Virus record (IMG/VR): IMGVR_UViG_3300042334_002614 | Coordinates: 1-25,452 of that record | DNA length: 25,452 bases | Strand: one strand, 5' to 3' | DNA from: a virus | Taxonomy: Duplodnaviria > Caudoviricetes | Shown here: in pieces, positions 16,578 through 23,609 of the stretch | How positions within the stretch are numbered: the first letter of the stretch is position 1 | Layout: every line of letters starts with the position of its first letter | Program-made: the position numbers and the translations under genes | The notes under the pieces: generated by a model | The model's database searches: none | What the model saw: the letters and a program-made list of their open reading frames with translations, nothing else | What the model was told of the DNA's origin: nothing

Positions 16578-19070
16578 TTATATACTTCTTACTATTGTTT
16601 TTATTTCCCACGTACCAGTCGTTGCTGATACAGTTAAATTAGCTGTACCTCCAGATACATTCATATCAAACGTAATAGGGCTAGTATCACCTATATCTGT
16701 AGTAGTTGTTTCTGTATAATTAACAGATGAACCGCTAAAAATTGACATAATAGATCCAGCTCTAGCACCACTACCGACTAAGGTATATTCAAAGAAACCT
16801 CCAGTATAAGCGCTTATAGGTATTGAATATAACTCTGTCAAACCAGCGGATATTGAACTTTTAAATGTTGTATTTAATGAAGGTGCTTGATAATTACCCA
16901 TTAAAATTTCATCATCACTATTAACTTTTAATATAGGTAAGCCAGATATATCATTAACTGAAAAAAGGTCTCCTATTAAACTATCTGTTACGGAAAATAA
17001 TTGACCATTAGAACCTTGTACTGTAAATAATGGATTAGTATCTCCTGAACCTATAATTGTTAAAACATTTTGTCCAGAACCACTTATTTGTGCTTCACCT
17101 ATAACTTCTAATTTTTTGTTAGGTGTCTTAGTGCCAATACCAACATAACCTTTTGTACTTCCAGAACCATGTATGTGTACATGTGGTGTTGCTGCTGCGT
17201 TGTTACCAGCATAAAAATTAATACTATCTTCAGTTCCAGTACCAGCTCCATTAAATATGTTTAAATTATTTGCTGTAGTCGAAGCGAATAAAAATGCATC
17301 ATCGGATTCTCCACCATATGCAACAGATGAACCACGATTTGAACCTAATACACCCATTACAATCGACCTACCTATATCATTTACTAATTGTATTACAGAT
17401 GAACCAGATGCATTTGTTGTTTGTCCGTATATTTCAGATGTATATGGTAATGTTTTATCGACTCTAGTTTCTATTAATCCAGATGAACCAGATATTGATA
17501 ATCTATGTGATGGTGATGTTGTACCAATGCCCACTTTACCATCTGCTGTTACATCTAATAAATTAGTACTATTATTTCTAACTCTAAGTATAGGTCTTGT
17601 CGTTACGCCACTCCAAGGGTCAACCCCTGGTTCTGTGCTAACTCTACCTTGTAACATTATCAATGGATTGACACCTGTATCTACAGAAGGGTCTATAACC
17701 GATTGTATATATAAGTTTGTTGATGTATTCGTATTATTAAAAGACCTTAAAACTGGATTAAAAGAACCATCAGTAGAAACAGCGTTAGTTATTGCTAAAT
17801 AATCCGTACTATCTATTGTACGGAATCTAGTGATATTTTCAAAACTTCCAGTCCCACCACTACTAACAATATCTAAATTAAACAATGGACTACTAGTGCC
17901 TATACCTACATTACCACTATTATAATAAATATTTGATCCACTTTGAGACCATAAACCATCAAGAGAAGAAGTATCTATAGTTACGACATTACCATCATTC
18001 CTATTTAACAACAAGTCTGAACCACTTACTGTTCCACCAGTAATATAATAATTAGGATCTATTGGTAGATTATAATATGTGGTTGCGCTTATTGCTCCAG
18101 CGTTTATTGTCACAGCACTCAGCGAACCATTTATGATATAATCACCAGTTAATTCTTTTGTATATTTCCAATAACCTCCAGAACTATCGTAAGATATTAA
18201 ATCACCATTTGTTTCGCCACTAGTTTGCGTATTATGTAAATCACCTAAATTATAGCTCAAAGAAGGTCTAACAAATAATGAACCATTGGAAGCAGCATTA
18301 ATAACTATAGCTATTTGAATCTTCAAATTAGGCTCTATAGGCTCAATACTAGTTAAAGCACCAGCTATTGTTGGATGTACATAAAGTATAGTTCCACCAG
18401 TCCATGTTTCACCATATATTGAGCCTGTTGTATTAACACCTTTAACTAAACCAAACTCATATACATAACCATCTTCGCCATCTAATATATTTTCACCAGC
18501 AATACCCAAAGTAAAATAATGAGGTATTGATCCGTCGGCAATCATGTATTCACCTAAAATTCTTCCACTTCCACCAAGAGTACCAGCAGCTCTTACTACT
18601 TTCCCTTTTTCAATTGTAGATCCACTTTGGTTTTTTATATAGTAAAGATTATCTAAACCAACCTTAAGATTTAAATTATTTCCCTCTAAATCAACATCAA
18701 GAGTTCCATAATCGGAATCCCAATGAATTCTTCCTTCTTGTTGTGTTGGAATGTAGGTAGTATTAAAATCTATATAATCAGTATATACTGATGTTGCACT
18801 TACTGCATTTGCTATTACTTCACCAGAGAAAATCGTATTACCTGTGACATTTAAATCTCCATTTATTGTTCCTCCCGTTAGACCTAAAAATGAATTTGAT
18901 CCGTATTCAAAAACATTAGAACCGTCATAACTAAACAGTTTTTTATCTGCCAAGTTTGACGCAAGCTCACCCACCTTAATTAAATTCAATTCTGTGCCCG
19001 TAGTTCCAGTTGGAATCTTACCTGGCACAGCAGTTCTCTTAGTTATTATTCTAACTGTTCTTTCTGCCAT
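16578..19070 (-). CDS. Long tail fibre-like protein
   Basis: N-terminal KRTAVPGKIP-GELASNLADKKLF fibre attachment-type motif, three GxVGIGTxxP repeats, Gly/Ser/Thr/Asn-rich composition. Confidence 0.75.
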   Translation of the reverse strand: MAERTVRIITKRTAVPGKIPTGTTGTELNLIKVGELASNLADKKLFSYDGSNVFEYGSNSFLGLTGGTINGDLNVTGNTIFSGEVIANAVSATSVYTDYIDFNTTYIPTQQEGRIHWDSDYGTLDVDLEGNNLNLKVGLDNLYYIKNQSGSTIEKGKVVRAAGTLGGSGRILGEYMIADGSIPHYFTLGIAGENILDGEDGYVYEFGLVKGVNTTGSIYGETWTGGTILYVHPTIAGALTSIEPIEPNLKIQIAIVINAASNGSLFVRPSLSYNLGDLHNTQTSGETNGDLISYDSSGGYWKYTKELTGDYIINGSLSAVTINAGAISATTYYNLPIDPNYYITGGTVSGSDLLLNRNDGNVVTIDTSSLDGLWSQSGSNIYYNSGNVGIGTSSPLFNLDIVSSGGTGSFENITRFRTIDSTDYLAITNAVSTDGSFNPVLRSFNNTNTSTNLYIQSVIDPSVDTGVNPLIMLQGRVSTEPGVDPWSGVTTRPILRVRNNSTNLLDVTADGKVGIGTTSPSHRLSISGSSGLIETRVDKTLPYTSEIYGQTTNASGSSVIQLVNDIGRSIVMGVLGSNRGSSVAYGGESDDAFLFASTTANNLNIFNGAGTGTEDSINFYAGNNAAATPHVHIHGSGSTKGYVGIGTKTPNKKLEVIGEAQISGSGQNVLTIIGSGDTNPLFTVQGSNGQLFSVTDSLIGDLFSVNDISGLPILKVNSDDEILMGNYQAPSLNTTFKSSISAGLTELYSIPISAYTGGFFEYTLVGSGARAGSIMSIFSGSSVNYTETTTTDIGDTSPITFDMNVSGGTANLTVSATTGTWEIKTIVRSI

Positions 19071-19072
19071 AG

Positions 19073-19147
19073 GAAATTATATAATTTCATTAAAAATAAA
19101 CCTATATAGGTTAAAAATAAAGCCTGTTTAGACTTTAAAATAAATAG
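19073..19147 (-). promoter_or_regulatory. Three tandem palindromes/hairpins between a CTATTTAT motif and the fibre start
   Basis: GAAATTATATAATTTC (19073-19088, perfect), AACCTATATAGGTT (19099-19112, perfect), and minus-strand TAAAGTCT-AAAC-AGGCTTTA (19118-19137, one G-U pair). Motif at 19140-19147. Confidence 0.5.
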
Positions 19148-19312
19148 CTTTAAATAAAATATTTTTGGTTTAAAATTAATTTAACACACTTTTATAAGCC
19201 ATATGTCATTTTTAAGTTATTATAAAACATTTTAAAGAAAATACCGAATAAAAAAAAATTTTTTCTAAGTATTTATTTAAAAGGAAAATAATATTAAATA
19301 ATTACTATAGCT

Positions 19313-19801
19313 ATGGCTGATATGTTTAGACCAGTTCCTATTGAACAGGAACCAAAAAGAAAAAATAGATTCGTACTTGAATTTCCTACGGAATTAGGTA
19401 TTGAATCTTTTTTAGTTCAAACTTCAGGTAAACCTTCATTAGAAATTGGAAGTACAGAAATACCGTACATGAATAGTAGTACTTGGGTTGCTGGTCGTTC
19501 TAAATGGAGTACAATCGAAGTGAAATTTATCGATGTTATCGGACCCTCTACAACTCAAAAAGTTATGGAATGGGTAAGACTTCACTTCGAATCTGCAACA
19601 GGTAGAATGGGTTACGCTGTGGGTTACAAAAAGAATCTTGTACTTAAAGCTCTTGACCCAACTGGTGTTGAAGTGGAGAAATGGACTTTAATTGGTTGTA
19701 TGATTACAAATGCATCTTTCGGCGACTTTGATTATGGTGCTGATGATCTTGCGGAGGTAACAATCACTCTTCAGCCTGATATCTGTCTACTAAACGCTTA
19801 A
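19313..19801 (+). CDS. Tail tube protein (T4 gp19-like)
   Basis: EPKRKNRF, EIPYMN-WVAGRSKWSTIEVKFID, VMEWVR-TGRMGYAVGYKK, LDPTG-VEKWTLIGC-FGDFDY-ITLQPD. Confidence 0.88.
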   Translation: MADMFRPVPIEQEPKRKNRFVLEFPTELGIESFLVQTSGKPSLEIGSTEIPYMNSSTWVAGRSKWSTIEVKFIDVIGPSTTQKVMEWVRLHFESATGRMGYAVGYKKNLVLKALDPTGVEVEKWTLIGCMITNASFGDFDYGADDLAEVTITLQPDICLLNA

Positions 19802-19821
19802 TAGCTCAAAAAAAACATATC

Positions 19822-19868
19822 AATCCTTGGGGTATTGTATTTTAAATATAATGTTCCAAGGATTTTTT
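19822..19868 (+). terminator. Long stem-loop plus U-tract after the tail tube gene (terminator or processing/stability element)
   Basis: 19822-19841 pairs fully with 19845-19864 (20 bp including four G-U pairs, 3-nt loop), followed by TTTT. Confidence 0.7.
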
Positions 19869-19878
19869 ATATAAAATT

Positions 19879-20295
19879 ATGGGAGAGATAAGATTATACA
19901 GAAAAATTTATTGTGTTTCATTTATCAATACACCAACTGGAAAAACACAATCGTATTCGCTTTTTGACCCTCATTCTATAAGTGCAAGTTCATATGTAGC
20001 TGGAGTAGGGGGTGATGAGTCTTCAACAGTAATTGAATCTAATACCCCTATAACACAAGAAGAGTCAGGTATCTACTACACAGATTTAAATCCAAGTTTA
20101 TATGCAACTGATATAACATATGATTTAGTTTGGTATGTAAACTACACAAATATTGCTCCACAAAAAAAATTAACTACTAGATTTAGATTAAATAATCAAA
20201 CTGGTCCTTCTGGAGAAATTACCTCAGAAATAATAGGCAATCAAGAAATATCTATAGAAATATTATCTAACACTATAGAAATAGAGATATTATAA
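19879..20295 (+). CDS. Hypothetical protein, probably virion-associated
   Basis: 138-aa ORF between tail tube and BppU-like genes (GIYY-YDLVWYV). Confidence 0.65.
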   Translation: MGEIRLYRKIYCVSFINTPTGKTQSYSLFDPHSISASSYVAGVGGDESSTVIESNTPITQEESGIYYTDLNPSLYATDITYDLVWYVNYTNIAPQKKLTTRFRLNNQTGPSGEITSEIIGNQEISIEILSNTIEIEIL

Positions 20296-20296
20296 T

Positions 20297-20305
20297 CTAT
20301 TTATA
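20297..20305 (+). promoter_or_regulatory. CTATTTATA recurrent upstream motif (putative phage late promoter)
   Basis: 9 nt before the ATG at 20315. The same 9-mer lies on the coding strand upstream of four minus-strand genes. Confidence 0.6.
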
Positions 20306-20314
20306 ATTAAAAAA

Positions 20315-20674
20315 ATGGTAGGAAATAACAACGAATTTCACATCAAAAGAAATGATACTTTACCTGTTTTAAAAATGCAGCTTATAGATAGAAGTTGTTT
20401 AGGGAGTAGAATTCCTTTTGATTTAACTGAAGTATCTAACGTTACATTCACAATGAAGAATTCTTGTGGAGATATTAAGATAATGGCTAAACCAGCTCAA
20501 ATACTTTCTTTTAGTGGGGGTGTAATTCAATATAATTGGGATGCTGAAGACACAAGCGACTCAGGTTTATTTGAAGCTGAATTTCAATTAACATATTTAG
20601 ATGGAAAAAGACTATCTATTCCTCAAATAGGATCCATTAGAATTGAGATAGAAAAAGACGTTAATCCTTATTGA
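20315..20674 (+). CDS. BppU N-terminal-like baseplate/structural protein
   Basis: IKRNDTLP-L...DLT-VTFTM...GVIQYNW-DT-GLFEAEFQLTY-DG-SIP-G-I pattern. Confidence 0.65.
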   Translation: MVGNNNEFHIKRNDTLPVLKMQLIDRSCLGSRIPFDLTEVSNVTFTMKNSCGDIKIMAKPAQILSFSGGVIQYNWDAEDTSDSGLFEAEFQLTYLDGKRLSIPQIGSIRIEIEKDVNPY

Positions 20675-21459
20675 TTTTCTTCTTTATATTTCCAGATGAA
20701 GCCACCTGCTGATTTTAGTTCTCCTCTAGCTGCAGATGCTACATTTCCAATATGAAATCCATCTTTTTTTACTTCAGATAAAAATTCATATTCTTTAATA
20801 AAATTACCACTTTTATCAAATTGTAGTATAACCTTTCTGCTTGAGGATGGTTTCCCCCACATTGGATTTTTATCTCCAAGCTGTCTATCACCTTTTCCAA
20901 ATGCAGGATTTTTTTCTCCAATATTATGTTGTCTTATTTTTTCTTTAACTTCTTCTGGATGCAATCTTCCTGTTTGAGATTGCCTCATTTTCTCTTTTGT
21001 TAAATCTGCTTTTTCTTTTCCCATTCGCTCTTCTAAAGTGATTCCCTTTCTAGAATTTGACAATTCTTGTTTCATTTCATCTGTCCATTTATTTCCAAAA
21101 TTTGGATTGTTTTCTCCGCTGTTTGCTTTGCTTATTTTTTTTCTAACATAATCTGAATGTTCATTCAATAAAGGATCTTTTAAATTATAAACTTTATCGC
21201 TATTAATTCCTCCATAAAAATCAATCCAATATTTTTCCCTTTCGTTAAGCATATTTTCATCTAACACTTCCTCTATAATATTGTATTCAAAATTATCAAA
21301 ACCGTATTTATTAAATGATTTTTGTAAAATATCATTATGATGTCTTCCTTTTTTTATATTTATTAAATGATCATAATATCTTTGTTTTAAACGTTTTGAC
21401 TGACCAACATAAACTTTGTTGTTGATTGTGTTTCTAATAATATAAATTCCTATATTCAT
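20668..21459 (-). CDS. Free-standing GIY-YIG homing endonuclease with NUMOD3 and NUMOD1-like domains (263 aa; start reassigned to ATG 21459)
   Basis: MNIGIYIIRNTINNKVYVGQS...R...LNEREKYWI...YN; HSDYVRKKIS, GENNPNFG, HPEEVKEKIR, GEKNPAFGK; C-terminal ILQFDKSGNFIKEY-SAGGFIWKY. The track start at 21537 is a TTG that reads through regulatory sequence. Confidence 0.92.
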   Translation of the reverse strand: MNIGIYIIRNTINNKVYVGQSKRLKQRYYDHLINIKKGRHHNDILQKSFNKYGFDNFEYNIIEEVLDENMLNEREKYWIDFYGGINSDKVYNLKDPLLNEHSDYVRKKISKANSGENNPNFGNKWTDEMKQELSNSRKGITLEERMGKEKADLTKEKMRQSQTGRLHPEEVKEKIRQHNIGEKNPAFGKGDRQLGDKNPMWGKPSSSRKVILQFDKSGNFIKEYEFLSEVKKDGFHIGNVASAARGELKSAGGFIWKYKEENQ

Positions 21460-21470
21460 AATTTTTAAAT

Positions 21471-21509
21471 AAAAAAAACAGAGACTTTTTTGCCTCTGTT
21501 TATAAATAG
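21471..21509 (-). promoter_or_regulatory. CTATTTATA motif followed by a terminator-like hairpin in the GIY-YIG leader
   Basis: Motif at 21501-21509. Minus strand AAACAGAGGC-AAAAAA-GTCTCTGTTT (21501-21476, 10 bp with one G-U pair), then TTTTT. Confidence 0.65.
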
Positions 21510-21517
21510 TTAAAAAT

Positions 21518-21554
21518 TTAGTAAATTCCACCGTCAAAACGATCCCCCATCTAA
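21518..21554 (-). repeat. Overlapping duplicated C-terminal motif (LDGGSF* then, out of frame, FDGGIY*)
   Basis: TTA GAT GGG GGA TCG TTT TGA (21554-21534) and TTT GAC GGT GGA ATT TAC TAA (21538-21518), offset by 16 nt. Confidence 0.6.
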
Positions 21555-22910
21555 AATATCCTGTTCGGTAAGAACTCTAACACCATTAGGCGAGCTCACA
21601 GTTCCTGATTCTCTAAGGTATATATCATTTAAATTAGTAGCGAAACCTCTATTTGAAACTGTTGTTCCTGTACCTCTAATATCTAAGAAAACATCAGTAC
21701 CAGCAACACCAGAACCATCTTGTATAGACCAACCAGCTCCAAGAGATGTAGATTCTGTAGAAGCTGTTGGGTTGTAGTTTAATTCTATAAAATTATCTTC
21801 TATATACAACTGAGAAGTAAAACCACTTATAGATTCCCCCATTATAAGCAAATCTCCATTAATAGTTAATGTTGTACCTGTTTGACCTGCTACTCCAAAA
21901 GTTGCATGTAATGCATTCAGTGTATCAGTATTTTGATCATAAGTGAATCCAGGCTCATCAACCAATCTACCACTAGTTCCGACATAAACAACTCTACCAG
22001 CTGTTAAACTAGAGTCTGTAAATCCAGTTGCAGATACTAATCCTAAAAAAGTAGGAGAAGTTGCAACATTTACAATTGGATTTGATGCCGTTCCTCCTAT
22101 AGTAATATTTGAACCTGCGCTTATCGAATCAACAAATATATCATACAGATTCGTTGACCCTGAATATATCGTACCTCCACTTATTTGAGTTGCAGTTAAG
22201 TTCCCACCAGTTGCAACACCTGAAAACGATAAATTATTTATAGAAGGAGAACTTACAAGACTTACTATGGGGTTTGAAGCAGTTCCTCCTGTTGTGATGT
22301 TTGAACCAGGTTGTACGTTTGTAATATTTTCAGTAGAGTTAGCAATATTATAAATTATTGTCTCTAGTGAAGTGCCAGCTGAATAAAAACTTGTTGTTGC
22401 AGAAACATTAGTCGCTATTGAATTTCCACCTATTGATGTTCCTGAATAAGTAATATTATTAACAGAAGGAGAGTCTACAAGATTTACTGTAGGATTGTCT
22501 GCAGTTCCTCCTGTTGTGATGTTTGAACCAGGTTGAACTCTTGTTGTAACACCTTGAATATCTGTAATATTACCTAATACAAACCCATTTGTTGTTCCGC
22601 TTAAGAATTTTCCAATCAAACCTGACCCTGATGTAGAACCATATGTTGATATAATCCCAGTATCTCCGCTTACTACAAAATTACTATTAACACTTAATCT
22701 GTTTGTTACTTTTTGATTATAAATAGTTGAACCTACTTCGAAAACACCAGCCTGGTTAGATGTTTCGAAGCCACCACCTGTAACACCAGAAAATTTTAAA
22801 ACACCGTCATATAGGTTTACAAAAGGTTCTCCAAATAATGCTGTTCCAGGTACAGAGCCCCCAGTTGTTTGTTTGTCTCTAAGGGTTATACGAACTTGTC
22901 TTTCTGCCAT
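21534..22910 (-). CDS. Fibre-like structural protein with internal repeats
   Basis: N-terminus MAERQVRI-GEPFVNLYDGVL is paralogous to 16578..19070. Three GSNITxGGTAxNPxVxxxxSP modules, IEDNFIELN, and C-terminal DGG. Confidence 0.72.
   Translation of the reverse strand: MAERQVRITLRDKQTTGGSVPGTALFGEPFVNLYDGVLKFSGVTGGGFETSNQAGVFEVGSTIYNQKVTNRLSVNSNFVVSGDTGIISTYGSTSGSGLIGKFLSGTTNGFVLGNITDIQGVTTRVQPGSNITTGGTADNPTVNLVDSPSVNNITYSGTSIGGNSIATNVSATTSFYSAGTSLETIIYNIANSTENITNVQPGSNITTGGTASNPIVSLVSSPSINNLSFSGVATGGNLTATQISGGTIYSGSTNLYDIFVDSISAGSNITIGGTASNPIVNVATSPTFLGLVSATGFTDSSLTAGRVVYVGTSGRLVDEPGFTYDQNTDTLNALHATFGVAGQTGTTLTINGDLLIMGESISGFTSQLYIEDNFIELNYNPTASTESTSLGAGWSIQDGSGVAGTDVFLDIRGTGTTVSNRGFATNLNDIYLRESGTVSSPNGVRVLTEQDILDGGSF
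22279..22535. repeat. 35-bp exact direct repeat (22279-22313 and 22501-22535) within the fibre-like gene
   Basis: GCAGTTCCTCCTGTTGTGATGTTTGAACCAGGTTG occurs twice, 222 bp (74 codons) apart. Confidence 0.85.
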
Positions 22911-22925
22911 AATTTTTTATTTATT

Positions 22926-22934
22926 TATAAATAG
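22926..22934 (-). promoter_or_regulatory. CTATTTATA motif (putative late promoter)
   Basis: 15 nt upstream of the ATG at 22910. Confidence 0.6.
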
Positions 22935-22942
22935 TATTTTTT

Positions 22943-23494
22943 TTACCAGTTACCCCCCTCAAGTGTGTATCCAGATAAAATAATATTATCTTCTGTTATA
23001 GTTGTTGTGCCTAAAATAATTTCAGGAGTTGTTACTCTAGTACTTGCCGTGAAGTTAACAGCAATCCCATTAATTGCATTTAAAGATCTAAATCTTTTAA
23101 ATGGAGCACCAATATCAACATAATTATCTAACACTGGCTCTATTAAAGTATTAGCATAAATTGTATTACCAGTTATATTTAATGCATTAATATTCCCCCC
23201 AGTTGATGTTCCTGAAAAATTAACATTATTAAAAGAAGGTGAATCTACTACCGATACTTTATAATCTTCTCCTACACGCTGTATTGAAATATTTGAGCCT
23301 TCTGATACTGTTGTTGCTGTTAGGTCTCCTGTTGTTAAAAATATATCTTCTAAATTTGTAGATCCAGAATATAATGTACCCCCAGATAAAGCATTAGCAT
23401 ATAACCCTTGGGTGAAGACTGTGTTTCCTGTAACAGTACCACCAGAAAGATTTAAAAATTCTCTTTTTATGGGCTGAAAATAATTACCTGACAT
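22943..23494 (-). CDS. Short fibre-like structural protein
   Basis: FLNLSGGTVTG, LSGGTLYSGSTNLEDIF and GSNISI-VDSPSFNNVNFSGTSTGGN modules shared with neighbouring fibre genes. Confidence 0.68.
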   Translation of the reverse strand: MSGNYFQPIKREFLNLSGGTVTGNTVFTQGLYANALSGGTLYSGSTNLEDIFLTTGDLTATTVSEGSNISIQRVGEDYKVSVVDSPSFNNVNFSGTSTGGNINALNITGNTIYANTLIEPVLDNYVDIGAPFKRFRSLNAINGIAVNFTASTRVTTPEIILGTTTITEDNIILSGYTLEGGNW

Positions 23495-23511
23495 TTATTT
23501 TTTTTCTTTTA

Positions 23512-23520
23512 TATAAATAG
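23512..23520 (-). promoter_or_regulatory. CTATTTATA motif (putative late promoter)
   Basis: 17 nt upstream of the ATG at 23494. Confidence 0.6.
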
Positions 23521-23609
23521 AAATGAAAAATAAGTATTAAATATTTTTAATTTTTTAACACCAAAATGAATTAATTTATTTTTAATATTTTGAAATTTAA
23601 TAAATAATT

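Noticed and set aside
12237-17802. ORFs 12237..12425 (-), 16516..16719 (+) and 17257..17802 (+)
   Set aside because: Alternative-frame or antisense overlaps of fibre/LamG genes with no independent support.
21460-21537. Track N-terminal extension of the GIY-YIG ORF from TTG 21537
   Set aside because: It runs through the promoter motif and hairpin. GIY-YIG domains begin a few residues after the start, which fits ATG 21459.
11355-23494. Diversity-generating retroelement or invertible fibre cassette
   Set aside because: No reverse transcriptase or recombinase in the window, and I saw no ~100-bp repeat pair with adenine-specific mismatches.
23495-23609. Very AT-rich intergenic stretch as a possible origin
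   Set aside because: No iterons or other distinguishing structure beyond the promoter motif; composition alone is not sufficient.
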